Part shown: positions 44,558 through 59,564 of the stretch, in pieces
Numbering within the stretch: the first letter of the stretch is position 1
Layout of the letters: each line of letters begins with the position of its first letter
Assembly: GCA_951406725.2 (NCBI GenBank)
Contig: OX597817.1
Location: 55,552,001-55,616,000 of the forward strand
DNA: 64,000 bases
Direction: 5' to 3'
Source: Octopus vulgaris
Taxonomy: Eukaryota
The notes under the pieces: generated by a model
The model's database searches: none
Told to the model about the DNA's origin: nothing
The model's input: the letters and a program-made list of their open reading frames with translations, nothing else
Translations under genes and position numbers: made by a program

Positions 44558-45167
44558 TATCATGGAAGTACAACCAAGTAAAAACATATAGATTTTAACA
44601 ACAAATTATCATATGGACCCCACAAGGCTCACAAAAACCCCGATTGTTTTATATTAATGTAAGTGGGTGATATTTCTTATTTGAGTGTTCGTCTCTCTCT
44701 CTCTCTCTCTCTCTCGGTGTTCCTGCAGAATAAAAAAAAAAAAATCTCTAAGACAAGGCTATATTTGTTCAGGGCACTCCACCGAAAAGGTTCCTCTCTC
44801 ATTCTGCTCAAAGCAGAAAAGAGACTGCAGCAGCATAGGATAGATTAAATTCGCAAGGAGAGTAGCACAGCATTGCTGCAGTCCGAAGATGGTAAAAATG
44901 TAAAGTAGAATGTGTGTGTGTGTGAGTGAATATGGATACATTCATAGAAATGCGCAAGGATATGTATGTGATGTGTACATAAACATATGTACACAAGTAC
45001 ATATCGTAAGTATATATGTGTGTAGGTGTTTGTGTACATATATATATGTATATATATGAATATATATACATACATATATATGTAAATATATGTACATAGA
45101 TGCTTGTACACAAATACATACACACACATGCACGCAAACGCACTCACACACACGCATATACACACAC

Positions 45168-45212
<45 letters not shown>

Positions 45213-45251
45213 CATGCATATATATATATATATACATATATATATACATGC

Positions 45252-45313
<62 letters not shown>

Positions 45314-45589
45314 CGGAGCTTCGAAATTACATTCCGATGTGAAAGTCCTTTCAAAGAATGTAAGACAAAAATGGCAAGAAGTTGCAAGATATGACTTTCA
45401 TTATGATGCCTCCTAATGGAAAAGAAGAATGCTACGAAATGGTTTCTGAAAAATTCTTCGCTGATAAATAGGCTCGGCGTCACAAGAACTTATCAGCAAG
45501 AGAGATTGCACCTATAATCTACACTAATTTTAAACTTCAAAGCTGTTACCGCTATTAAATACATACATCAGCCATATATATATACACAC

Positions 45590-45658
<69 letters not shown>

Positions 45659-45835
45659 TACACGTGTGCACCACACATAAATACGCATGCGCACACATGC
45701 CTGGAGGGAAGCAGGCAAACACACAGACATACAGACGTGCATATATGTATGTATGAATGTATGTATATACGTGTGCCTGTATATGCAACTCTGTGTAATT
45801 ACATACATGTATGTTTACATACACACACATATATA

Positions 45836-45950
<115 letters not shown>

Positions 45951-46727
45951 GTAATATATATATATATATATATGTATGTATATGTATATATATATACATG
46001 CTTATATATATATATATATTTGAATAGGGGAAGAGACAAGCATGGCGAGGGAAAGTGAGCAACAGAGAGGCAGAACGTCACTATATGTAATACATCTATG
46101 TATTTGTGGCTATATGCGTACGTATGCGATTATGTGAGCGTGTGAGGCATTCTTGAGTTTGTGTGTGTGTCTATTTAGCTTTAAGGCTTCTCTCTGTGAC
46201 TCTGTTGATAGCAAGCTAGAAAGACGAAGATAACTAACGCAACTGGTAAATCTGTCGAACAGCGCTGCAGTACTCACAAGACTTACTAGTTCAGCAAAAG
46301 ATTCTAACACTGCAAAATACCGCTGATACATAATCCCATTAGTTGCTAGCAGAGGGAAAGATTATCTTCACAAGCGACATAGCAGAAACGAAGTTCTCAA
46401 AAGCTTAATTAAACTCTGTCTACATATTAATGCCAGCTTTATCTCTGCTATCAACTAATTCTAATCCGGTGAATTTAATAACAAAAGATAAACACATAAA
46501 TCTCTTTCCATTATTGCTTTGCTCATTGATAGAAGCGACTTGCTTGTTGAATTGCGCCTTATCAACAGGCAATGGGATTCTCTTGACAAAATAAACGGCG
46601 ACTTTGAAGTCTGGCTTTGGAAATTGCTGAAGGTTATGGTGCAGAGTCGTAAATTATGATGCATAAATATGTATGTGTGTGTATGTATATATATATATGT
46701 ATATATATGTCTGTGTGTGTGTGTCAT

Positions 46728-46767
<40 letters not shown>

Positions 46768-46872
46768 TATATATATTTATATGTATGTATATAGATATAT
46801 GTATATATATGTGTGTGTGTGTGTATATATTTTATATATATAGTCATATATGTTTACAACTTTGTACATGTA

Positions 46873-46920
<48 letters not shown>

Positions 46921-46959
46921 AATATATATATACATATATTTTATTATTATTATTATAAC

Positions 46960-46996
<37 letters not shown>

Positions 46997-47230
46997 CTAT
47001 ATATATTATATGCGTCTATGTGTACGTGTCTGTGCTATATTTCTATTTCACTCTCCGACCCCTCACACCTCATTGGACACGCTCACATATACATCACAAC
47101 CCAGACCTTCTCCCTCCGTCCACTTCTTTTTTTTTCCTGCCCCAACTACTTCTGTTTCACTATATAGCTGCCGCTGTCAATGTTCCTCACCTATTCAAAC
47201 CATCCCTGCAGTTTACTACATTACATGAAA

Positions 47231-47760
47231 GCGGGCGAAATGCGTAGCCGTATTTCGTCTGCCGTTACGTTCTGGGTTCAAATTCTGCCGAGGTTGACTT
47301 TGCCTTTTATCCTTTCGCGATCGATTAGATAAGTACCAGTTACGCACGGAGGTCGATATAATCGACTTAATCTGTCTGTCTGTCCTTGTTTGACCCCTCT
47401 GTGTTTAGACCCTTGCGGAGAGTAAAGGAATAGGTATTTCGTCTGTCTTTACGTTTTGAGTTCAAATTCCGCCGAGTTCGACTATGCCTTTCATCCTTTC
47501 AGGGTCGATTAAATAAGTACCAGTTACGCACTGGGGTCGATATAATCGACGTAATCCGTTTGTCTGTCCGTGTTTGTCCTCTGTGTGTAGCCCCTTGTAG
47601 GTGGTAATAAAATAGAAATAGGTATTTCGTCTGCCATTAAGTTCTGAGTTCAAATTACGCCGAGGTCGACTTTGCCTTTCATCCTTTTTGGGTCGATAAA
47701 TTAGATACCAGTTGTGTACTGATTTCTATCTAATTTCAGACCTTGTGCGTAGAGTAGAAA
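47231..47760 (+). mobile_element. Three tandem SINE family A bodies (about 190-bp period)
   Basis: GTATTTCGTCTG..GTTCAAATT..CCGAG at about 47250, 47434 and 47622. Confidence 0.9.
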
Positions 47761-48166
47761 AAATTTACTATATTGCATGCTTTCTGCAACTAAATCAAAA
47801 TTTGCTGTTTAACTTGAAGCTCTCTATATACTCTAAGAAAGAGCACCATATATACACAGTACATAGTCACAAAGACCCATACATACACAGACATTCTCAT
47901 ACATGTACACACAAGGACACAGTGGTACACACACATAAAAACACACAAACACACAAACACATGAATATGCAGAATACATACAACCGTACACACACACATA
48001 CATACATACATACATGTATATATATATGCACACACAAACATAGATACATACATACACACACATACATGCATGCATACATACATGTATACATACATACATA
48101 CATATACGTGTATGCGTACACACACTGACCCCCCACACATGCGCACAGACAAACAAAACGAACGCA

Positions 48167-48372
48167 ACTTGAATAAGGGACAGAGTCAACAACTATTGAA
48201 AATTTTGCAAAACGCAACAAAAATTTTAGAAAACTAAAGAAAGAAAGCAGTGGAAATGTTACCGGTGAGTGTGTTAAATTATAAGGCACCAAAAGAGAAT
48301 GACTCCCCAGACATAACTGAATATGCTTTAACACATAAAGACTCTTGCAAACCAAATCCAAAAACGAAATAT
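48167..48372. mobile_element. Fold-back MITE-like repeat, right half
   Basis: Matches 60012-60222. Confidence 0.75.
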
Positions 48373-48989
48373 TGTTACAAATTGTATCAAAAATCGTTAA
48401 AATATTTTGTGTATCGTAGAAGTATGACTAGTTTTATTGGTTATACTATTAACATAATCTTATGTGGACCGTCAAGGGCCATTTGAACCCCGTGCGAAAA
48501 CCAATGATTTAGCCAATATCTACCTAAATATGCAAAAAGGTGGAATGGTCAAGACTGGAATACGTTTCCTCGTAAGTCCACAATCACGCCTGTCACATGG
48601 CTACGACCTGCTATAAATAGCAGCTAAATCTCCCTCAAAATCACACCTTACCTTGTTCACTATGGAAACAAGCCATTAGGTGATGCAATGGGATGGTCAA
48701 GCCTGGAATGGCTTCTGTCAGATATTATTGGTCATGTTGTTACTGTTGTAGCTAAATAGTAAAAGACTATCTCAAGAACACAAGAACCTCCTACATTACG
48801 ACGGCATTTACCATTAATACCACATCCAACACCATTACAATCACCACAGCCGCCACCACTAACACCACCACTCCTACCAGTTCAAACATTGCACAATCTA
48901 TCAATCAATCAATCGCTAATGATGTAAAAAAAATAATAATCGATCTAAAGGGAAACAAATGATGATAACGAAGACTATGATGGCGCCGA

Positions 48990-49206
48990 TGAAGAGGAAG
49001 TGGACGTTGGTGATGTAAACGATGATGAGGATGACGATGATGATGAAGATGATCATGATCATGATCATCATCATCATTTTCATATTAATGATATCGATGA
49101 TGAAGATGGCGGCTTCGATGAGAGTGTTGACGATGTTGGTGCTGCTGGTGGTGAGGATAATAGTGCTGGGGCAGATGGTGGTGTTGGTGACGTTAATAAT
49201 ATTGGC

Positions 49207-49251
<45 letters not shown>

Positions 49252-49445
49252 AATGATGATGATGACGATGATGATGGTGGAGGTGGTGGTGGAGGTTGTT
49301 GTTGTGGTGGTGGTGGTTGTAGTGGTGGTTTAGGTGGTGGTGGTGGTTGTGGTGGTGGTTTAGGTGGTGGTGAAGGTGGTAGTGGTTGCGGAGGTGGTGG
49401 TGGTGGCGGTGTTAATGATGGTGATGCCAATGATGAGGATGAAAG
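48990..49445. repeat. Degenerate (GAT)n/(GGT)n low-complexity tract
   Basis: Directly visible. Confidence 0.85.
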
Positions 49446-50167
49446 AGGAGGCGTCTGACTAGATGTAGGTTCTTGATTGTGAAATCACTGATGTCTCATA
49501 GAGCTCTAGCCAATAGCTAATTAGAAGGGTCTACTGGATCTAGTATTGATTAGTTTTGATTAATGATCAGTGATTGCTGCTACGCACCACCACCACCACC
49601 ACCAAAAATAACAACAACAACCTCTATACCACTATACATTATTGCACCCCCACCCTTCCGTTCCATTGTAGAACTTTGTTAATACACCACCACATACAGA
49701 ACTATCTCTGATTTAACAATCATCTATAGTATATCTACTCTCTCTCTCTGTTGCTCTCTCTCTCTGTCGCTTTCTGTCTGTCACTTATTCGCTCTCTCTC
49801 CCTCTCTCTGTCGCTCGCTATCTCTCTCTGTCGCTCATTCGATCTCTTTCCCTCTCTCTGTCACTCGCTATCTCTCTCTCTGTCTCTCACTCGTCCTCTC
49901 TCCCTCTCTCTCTTTCTCTCTCACTCTCTTTCATTGTGCGTGTTAGTATTTGTATGTGCATGCATGTATATCTACATACGTAGAAACACACATAGATACA
50001 CACACAAGCACACACACATAAACACACATACACACACACACACAAACACACATACACACACACAAACACAAACACAAACACACACACGCATAAACACACA
50101 CACACAGACATACACACACACTCACACATACACACACACAAACACACACACACACAAACACACACAT

Positions 50168-50261
<94 letters not shown>

Positions 50262-52277
50262 GTTGTAGGATTTTTAAACGCAAAAGATTATAGAATATAC
50301 TGCAATTTTAGCAGAGCCTTTCATGAAAATGTTTTTTTTTAGACTATTGTTTTCGCCAGACAATTCTCAGGTCTGTCCTCTCTCAGGTCATTTTGTACTC
50401 TAACTTATTTTGCCCTTATGAAATCATATTATGTCCAATCAAAATATTTTCGTTAATATATTCTTACTTATTATACAACTCTGAGTCTTCTAATTTAATT
50501 CTAAATTATTATTTGAGTTTAGATTTGTTTATTACAACTTTTATGACTTTCCAATAAATTTATCGCTGTATAAAGGCGGGACTTGGTACTGTATTTGCAA
50601 CAAGTTCTCAAAACCAGACATTGTGCTTTTCTGTAGACGTCCTTTCTTTAGTTTATAAACGAATTTTTGGTTCATTCGTAAATATAAAAGTTTGGTTTCT
50701 TTAATCTACAACCCAAGCCTACATCTCCTCTACTGTTTCCCTGTCTAGAATTTGTTTTTGCGAAAACATCCCCACAATTTCAGTGCTTTAGAAATTGCTT
50801 GTTTTACTTTCGCTAATCAGATGCCAAGTTCTTAGTTAGATAAGGTTCGAAAATAGCTTGCAGTAGCTCTGTTGTTAATTTCCAATCAATTTTACACCGG
50901 CTTCTCCTTTCAGCTACTCCATTATGTTGGAGTAGTTATAATCAGAATAGTCAATATCTGAATGGTCGTTTAACCAACAATAGATTGACAATATTTATAA
51001 ATCAAAAACAAATAATTGAAATCTTAACGAAGTTCAACCAAAAATATATCAAATGCATAAATACTGGGTACTAAGTGACAGTCTATAAATATGACTTTTC
51101 ACCTTGATCGAGATTTCATGTTTACGAAACGGAGAGGATTTATTGCATGAGATCAATTTGCCATACGATGGACCGCTAGTTCACCATGGGTAGATAAATG
51201 TCCTCAATACCATACTGAGCGACTCTACAATTCGATTTATAATTAACATTCTTCAACCAGTGGATTCTAGATATGCTGATGGCCCATAAAAGAAGCCGAT
51301 AACTTTCAATTCCTAAGAAAGAGTCTTAAATATATTTGCTAGTAAACCAACATAATGGGAGTATATTCAATGAATCTAATGCATAAAATAACAACCCTGC
51401 AGTCTTAAAGATCCTTGTAACTGCCCCTTAATGATAATTTTATGGTCGAATTGTATATGCAGCAACACTCCAGTCAATAAGAGCCCTGTATAAATCATTT
51501 CCAATAGAGTCACCGAAAAAAAGCTTTGGAAAGACATTCTAAAAATCTTATAAATACCAGGAAAAAGTTCATCAATTATCAAAACATGGAAGAAATATCT
51601 TCTGTTTCTATCAGAGGCTAATGATCTATTTTAGAAAGATTAAACAGCAAAGATCCTGCCGCCATTCTTTGAAACGCGATTAATACATAAGAGGAAAATA
51701 TTTCCTCCTATTTCGAAACAAATCGGCCAGTAAATATGAAATATTGAACTGTTGTTGGCATTCTTCGAAGATTCTAATTTCGAAGATTTTATGCCACATA
51801 GAGATTAATGTGTCAATATATTGCATAGAAGGCGCTAGTCTAAGGTGCCACGCAGTGGAACTGAACTCGAAACGTAGTGATTAGGAAACAATCTTCTCCC
51901 CACACAGCTAACCCTGTGACTGTAATGTTTCAAATTTTCCGTCAACGCTTTATGATCGCCATCGAATAGGTCCCGGTTGTTCTGATAAGTCATACCCAAA
52001 AGGTTCGATTAAATTTAGATATTCATTTAACGAGTTACTAAGTACTTAATATTGTAGCGTTTGTAGGCATTTATAAGCTATGATATCGTTTTAAAATAGC
52101 CACAAAACTCACGGTTCTCTGACGATCAGTAACATGAAATTCTGAAGGACAATTTGCTTAGTTTTTCAACTGATTCAATGCAGTGTATTGCTCTGCCATA
52201 GGTATTCCAGTGCTATTCTCTGTCTTGTTTAGCCCGTATGTGTTCGTGTATCTACGTGTGTTTGTGTGTTTATGTAC

Positions 52278-52431
52278 AGATAGATAGGTAGATAGATACA
52301 TAGATACATAGAGAGATAGATAGATACATACATACATAGAGAGAGAGAGAGAGATAGACAGACAGAAAGACAGATAGACAGATAGATAGATAAGAAGAAA
52401 GATAGGCAGACAGGCAGAAAGATAGATAGAT

Positions 52432-52472
<41 letters not shown>

Positions 52473-52473
52473 T

Positions 52474-52513
<40 letters not shown>

Positions 52514-52522
52514 GTAACTTGG

Positions 52523-52601
<79 letters not shown>
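52278..52601. repeat. (GATA)n microsatellite
   Basis: Directly visible. Confidence 0.95.
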
Positions 52602-52602
<1 letters not shown>

Positions 52603-53373
52603 AATGAGATCCTTTGAGAGAATTTCGTTTCATCTTTAATGAGAATCCCCCGTGCAGAGAGCAAAATTATATTTAATTATGCATTATATTCAATTCTTGC
52701 GATTATCCAAAAAAAAGTTCAGGTGGACTACTACAGCAAATCCCCCCTGTATATTGTAGGATCATGATCTACCTAAGTTTACCTTTACCCTGCAAACTTC
52801 GGAAGTTGAAATGCTTTCAGCTGATTACATAGTTTACAAATGGTCCGGCATTCCTTTCCATACATCTCCAACCAATATGGACACACAGATAAGGGACACA
52901 TTAAGGACAACACGAAGAAACACAGAATATTGCTTGACTCGTGCTGTTAGAATGAAGGACATACTATACATGTATGTATACAAGCATATAGTCACACAAA
53001 GGCACGCAAAGCCGCATAAGCAGAAACATACGAACTCATATAAAGACAGGAAGAAACAATATGGCCGAGGCAAGAATGATTTTTGCTGGTTTTACAGATT
53101 CTGTATAGCATCAAAGATGACCATTTATATTTGCGCAGTATATTCTGCAGTCCATTCCCGATACCCTTCACGCTGAATGGGAGTTAACCTCCAGCATAAA
53201 AGAACCTTAGCCTGGAAGTGTTCATTATCTAACACACTATCAGCAATTTCTACTGAAGGTCACAATGTTTCGAGCCACGGTCGGGATTACTTCGATGTGT
53301 AATATATACACTGACATACGCACAAACACAGACACAGATGCGCACAGACCACTCTTACAAACATACGTAAGTG

Positions 53374-53452
<79 letters not shown>

Positions 53453-54253
53453 ACAAACATATATATATATAATAATATATATGTACAAAAATACATATGC
53501 ACATATATATATATGTCTGTCTGCACATGTATATATAAATATATTAAAAGGATATGTATAAACACGCATATACTCATTAATATGTAAACACATACATCTA
53601 TATATTTACATGTATATGTATGCATACGTGTGTGTATATATGTATATATATGTATTTTCGTACATCTATACTTCCACACACACACATACTTACACATGCA
53701 CCCACACGCTGTTTACAGTATTTAATGCCCGTTGACATGTCAGTGGTCGAGATACGTTTCATGTGTCCTTTCGATTCATTCTCTCGCAATTTTCTTTGTG
53801 ATTTTTCGAAGATGGAAGCTGGACAGATTTTGGTGTTTTTATTCTCCTATTTACGGCAGAAACTTTGCCCAACTTCCGACCAATCTCTCGTTCTCTTCTC
53901 TGATCTCAACCTGATATATCCTTTAAACCTATTTCGTTTCGCTCATTAACAGGAAACATTACTCTCGTTCCCCCTCGTTTTTGTTACCTGGTTATTTCTT
54001 TAAATTCTATAACGCAAGCAAAACCGAAGCTAATGGACGCTAACCGAAAATGCGTCCTTGGAATCTGCATTTAACTGCTCTATCTCTCTCTCTCTCTCTT
54101 CTCTCTAACTCACTCTCTCCCTCCCACTCTCCATCTCTCTGTCTCTGTTTCTCCCTCTCTTTGTTTGTCTCTCTCGTTTTCTTTCTCTATCCCTCTCTCA
54201 GTCTCTCCATTACTCTCTCTCTTTCTCTCTCTCTTTCCTTATCTCTGTTTGTC

Positions 54254-54289
<36 letters not shown>

Positions 54290-55574
54290 CATCTAGCTCT
54301 ATGATCGTTTCAACGTAATATTCTTCGCCATGATGAGAATGGGATCTAAGGAGAATATTTAATCTTTTCCTTTTTTTCGGTTCCACGTTGCACATGGAAC
54401 ATCAAACGATCTGTATCGTTGCATTCTGGATAAGAAATGGCTGTTTGAAAAATTGAACAAAAATAGGAAAAACAAAACGTAAAATATTCAAGGCTACAGT
54501 GTTATACATTTGTGTTTTCGGCCGGAAACAGAAAATTAGGCCCTGAAAGGGATCAACCGTGGGTTTTCTTGGTTTCGTTATGTGTGTGTGTGTGTGTGTG
54601 TGAATGTGTGTGTGTGTGTATACATTTAAAAAATGTAACTGCACGTGAACTGTTGGTAATTTTTTTCCTCCTCCTTCCTTTTCTTTTGGATTTTCCTATG
54701 TCACCTGTTTCCGAAGAAGAGGAATGCTCGAAAAGTAAAACACCCACTCTTTCTTTCCTCTTCTGAGCGTCTTATTAATACTTTGCATGTGGTATGTCCT
54801 CACGTTGTTGATTTTTTCTTGTATTTTTTTCAACAATAAATATATATATATATATTTATAAACAAAAAACAAAACAAAATCTTCATGATAAGCATTTTTT
54901 TGTCTTCCTATTTGGGGTTCAGTACAATTTTCTTTCTAACTTCTTTCTTTCTCTCTATTTCTGTTGGTTCTTTTCAAATTTCATCATCACCAGTAACACC
55001 GCCATCGCCACCTCAACAGCCATACACAAAACATTCAGACTTCTGATGCCACCACTATATAAACCTTTGACTTCGCTGCCTTCCCCTCCACTACCATCAA
55101 CATTGTCTTTCACATCCTTTATTCTCACCATCAGCCCTGACCACCACCACAACCACCATCATCATCACCGCCGCCTCCACCTCAAACACAACTACAGTTC
55201 ATACTATTGAAGCTAAGTGTCTGTTACTTCAGTGTTCAGTGAATCTTTCTCTCACTTTTCCTCTTTTCGCACTCTTTTCCTCTCTCTGCCAGCATCAATA
55301 CTACTACTTTTCATAAAAACATCAATTCTCCCTAAATTTCTTTGTCTCTCTTTCTCTCCCTTTCGTTTTCTTTCTCCTTCTCTCTGTCTGTCTTGGCCAC
55401 CGCCCTCACCGTCACTATGCTTACTATTACTCTCATTCCATCATGAGGAATAGTAGCAGTGTCATTGAATAGTGAGAGAAGAGGTCTAAGTATGACACAC
55501 TGACACACAAAAAATAGTTTATTATATATATACAGATAGATAGATTGATAGATAGTTGCAGATATAGATATATA

Positions 55575-55618
<44 letters not shown>

Positions 55619-56205
55619 CAAAACTTTTACCATCGAGTTTCATGGACCAATTGGTTTCTGATTTTAGTTTAGCAAATAAGATAATTTGCTAAGTGAAATC
55701 GTTATCAACAGGTACACCTCAGATTAAATATATAAACAGGAGGCAATCAATTATATGTCTCTTGTTTATACATCCTAATTTTTTTTCCAAATCTACTGCG
55801 CAGGCGCTGCTCCTCGTCGGTATTAAAAAAAATGCCAACTTTTAAAATTCGAAATTTATCCAAAAACTTACAATGCCTAATCATATCGAAGTGGAAATGG
55901 AAATTAATAGAAATTTTCACTTCCACTGGCCTAGCGTGTAAAAATTTAGTCGAAAGACTATGTATTACTCATAAGATGTAGTGTACGTTCAAACACTTAA
56001 GAGGAATCCACTCATGGGATTCATTTATCGACTGGTGTTTTATGCAAGCAACCCTGACAAATGAACTCTAAAATATTCAAATCCCAACAGGACTGGGACT
56101 TGAACGCAGAACGAAACGAGCCTGGAGAGCTGCCATAAGGCATTTTCCGATGCTGTAAACATACGCTCATTCTGTCGTCCCATAGCTACATAGCTACTGC
56201 TGCTG

Positions 56206-57128
56206 TTGCTTCTTTTTCTTCTTCTTCTTCTTCTTCTTCTTCTTCTTCTTCTTCTTCTTCTTCTTCTCCTTCTTCTTCTTCTTCTTCTTCTTCTTCTTCT
56301 TCTTCTTCTTCTTCTTCTTCTTCTTCTCATCCTCCTTCTTCTTCTCTTCTTCTTCCTTCTTCTTCATCCTCCTTCTTCTTCTTCTTCTCCTTCTTCTTCT
56401 TCTTCTTCTTCTCCTTCTCCTCCTCCTCCTTCTTCTTCTTCTTCTTCTTCTTCTCCTCCTTCTTCTTCTTCTCCTTCTTCTTCTTCTTCTTCTTCTTCTC
56501 CTTCTCCTCCTCCTCCTTCTTCTTCTTCTCCTTCTTCTTCTTCTCCTCCTCCTTCTTCTTCTTCTCCTTCTTCTTCTTCTTTTTCTTCTCCTTCTTCTTT
56601 TTCTTCTCCTCCTCCTTCTTCTCCTCCTTCTTCTTCTCCTCCTTCTTCTTCTTCTTCTCCTCCTCCTCCTTCTTCTTCTTCTTCTCCTCCTCCTCTTCTT
56701 CTTCTTCTTCTTCTTCTTCTTCTCCTTCTTCTTCTTCTCCTCCTCCTTCTTCTTCTTCTCCTTCTTCTTCTTCTTCTTCTCCTTCTTCTTCTTCTCCTCC
56801 TCCTTCTTCTTCTTCTCCTTCTTCTTCTTCTTCTTCTTCTTCTCCTTCTTCTCCTTCTTCTTTTTCTTCTCCTCCTCCTTCTTCTCTTCCTTCTTCTTGT
56901 CATCCTTCTTCTTGTCCTCCTTCTTCTTCTTCTTCTCCTCCTCCTCCTCCTTCTTCTTCTTCTTCTTCTTCTTCTTCTCGTCCTTCTTCTTCTTCTTCTT
57001 CTCCTCTTTCTTCTTCTTCTTCTCCTTCTCCTCCTCCGCCTCATTCTTCTTCTTCTCATTCTTCATCTTCTCCTTCTTCTTCTTCTCCTCCTCCTCCTCC
57101 TCCTCCTTCTTCTTCTTTTTCTTCTTCC
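56206..57128. repeat. About 920-bp (CTT/CCT)n polypyrimidine tract
   Basis: Directly visible. Source of the poly-K/R/L/S ORFs. Confidence 0.95.
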
Positions 57129-57394
57129 AATCAGGACTCACGCCATTAGCCACAAGGAATAATATCTAATTCGAGCCTTCTCTAAGCTACTAAGAATGCG
57201 TGTGGCAACTTGAAGATCCACCCATCACATGTGATTGACTGGCGGTCGCACGCGTGCGAAAGCTACATTATTATCCTCATTCCGTAAACAGTGGTTTTTA
57301 ACGGGTGGAGAGCTGAACCAACCTGGGTTACAGAGGATTCGCAATCTAAACGAGGGCCTGAAAGTTTACCACACCATAGTGGGTTACACCATGG

Positions 57395-57603
57395 TTCCTC
57401 TGCTTTGTGGCAGAAGTAGGAATAAAGGGTGAGAGAAAGTTGTGGTGAAAGAATACAGCGGGGTTCACCACCACCCCCGCCGGAGCCCCGTGGAGTTTAG
57501 GTGTTTTTGCTCAATAAACACTCACAATGCCCGGTCTGAGATTCGAAACCGCGCTCTTACGACCGCAAGTCCGCTGTCCTAACCACTGGGCCATAGTGCC
57601 ACC
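57395..57603 (-). mobile_element. SINE family C, 5' half
   Basis: Reverse complement of the tRNA-like head (CCTAACCACTGGGCCAT) and GAGAGAAAGTTGTGGTGAAAG body. Confidence 0.85.
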
Positions 57604-57626
57604 ACTGGTGCTGCTGTTGCTGCTGC

Positions 57627-57657
<31 letters not shown>

Positions 57658-57989
57658 AAGCAACAAGACGGATAAGGGTGACTAGGTGATGGTCTAGGGC
57701 TTAGGGGCGAGAGACCCCAGACCTTGGAAAAACAAAAAACTTTGGTCGTCTTGTTGTAGTCGAGGGCTCTTCGTTGACGCCCGACACCACTGGGAGGTGG
57801 CCCTCGAAGTCGCTGGAAATGGAGATCTCCAGGCCCATACTCTTGAACAGGCCCATACTCTGCTGCTGCTACTGATGATGCTGATGATGATGATGAGAAA
57901 GAGAAAGTGGATTTCGACAACGACGATGACAATAGGAATGACAATAACACTAAACAATAAATCCATTCTATTAGATTGAGGATTTAGTT

Positions 57990-58460
57990 TTATGCTCATG
58001 AGACAGCAGAAAGCTCTGGAATCTACTAAAAGCTGTAGTTGCATTCAATGTTGATAAGAAAATGAGCGTGGGATTAGGCAACCGTAGCAAAGTTAATCTA
58101 AGGAGAGGCGAATTAATTAAAACTGAAATATTAAATTAGATTCAGACAGTGAAATCAGAAAATTACAAGAGAACCTCATAGACAAGTACGTAGCTGTAGA
58201 TGAAGGTGATAAGATACAACAGAGAAGAAAGAAGAGCCAGAGAGACAGAGACAGAGAAGGAGAGAGGTGGGTGATGGGGGGTGGAGGGGTGAAGTGAGAA
58301 ACTCGTAAAGATTACAAAAGAAAAATCAAGCTAATGTTAAAGGAGAACTCAATGCCAAGAAATGGGATATTGTAGTGAATGCACTTACCATTCCAGACAT
58401 ACATAAATTACTAGTTCAAGGTACGATAATGAAGAGACCCGAAGAAAATTGCAGAATTTA
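57990..58460 (+). mobile_element. Old R4/Dong-like RT-thumb remnant
   Basis: KYVAVDEGDKIQ and DYKRKIKLML..GELNAKK..VNALTIP resemble YKYLG and EYxxRxxxILxSxLNAxNKxxAIN motifs. Confidence 0.4.
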
Positions 58461-58476
58461 AGGAGGGAAATATAAT

Positions 58477-58826
58477 ATTCTTTTACTTGTTTCAGTCATT
58501 TGACTGTGGCCATGCTGGAGCGCCGCCTTTTTAGTCGAGCAAATCGACCCCAGGACTTATTCTTTGTAAGCCTGGTACTTATTCTATCGGTCTCTTTTGC
58601 CGAACCGCTAAGTTACGGGGACGTAAACACCCAAGCATCGGTTGTCAAGCGATGTTGGGGGGGAGGGTGACAAACACAAACACAGAAACATACACAGACA
58701 GATATATATACATATATACGACGGGCTTCTTTCAGTTTCCGTCTACCAAATTCACTCACAAGACTTTGGTCGGCCAGAGGCTATAGTAGAAGACACTTGC
58801 CCATGGTGCCACACAGTGGGAACCAT
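58477..58826 (-). mobile_element. SINE family B
   Basis: Close match to 44136-44557. Confidence 0.9.
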
Positions 58827-58876
58827 GTTTATACAGAATAAGGTGACTGATGCATTGAGAAAACTACTACAATGGA

Positions 58877-59272
58877 TGGATGGATGGAAGCACTCCGTCG
58901 GCTACGACGATGAGGGTTCCGGTTGATCCGAATCAACGGAACAGCCTGCTCGTGAAATTAACGTGTAAGTGGCTGAGCACTCCACAGACACGTGTACCCT
59001 TAACGTAGTTCTCGGGGATATTCAGCATGACACAGAGAGTGACAAGGCCGGCCCTTTGAAATACAGGTACAACAGAAACAGGAAGTAAGTGTGAGAGAAA
59101 GTTGTGGTGAAAGAGTACAGCAGGGATCACCACCATCCCCTGCCAGAGCCTCGTGGAGCTTTAGGTGTTTTCGCTCAATAAACACTCACAACGCCCGGTC
59201 TGGGAATCGAAACCGCGATCTTATGACTGCTAGTCCGCTGCCCTAACCACTGGGCCATTGTGCCTCCACTAG
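58877..59272 (-). mobile_element. Full-length tRNA-derived SINE family C with 12-bp TSD
   Basis: TACTACAATGGA at 58865-58876 and 59273-59284. A and B boxes present, (TCCA)n tail. Confidence 0.9.
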
Positions 59273-59564
59273 TACTACAATGGAACCACATTAGGTCAAG
59301 AAAAACAGTTTCTCCTACAACATTCTTTTGAATGAGTAAAATATTTTCCGAAAACCTTCAATAAGTAAAATAGCCTCTTCTGTTATTTGTAACGCAAATA
59401 TATTATTTTTCACGTTCATAAACAATAATTGTGAGATTAAAAAGAAAATCAGGAGAATATTTTGTCTCGTCAACAAATTTAACTCACTAAATTTTACAAT
59501 TTTATTTAAGAACGACGACGTTGAGGCTGGCATTTTACCGAAGTGTTACGTTAACGTTAACATA

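Noticed and set aside
49000-49458. Asp/Gly-rich 152-aa ORF
   Set aside because: A degenerate GAT/GGT microsatellite open in several frames.
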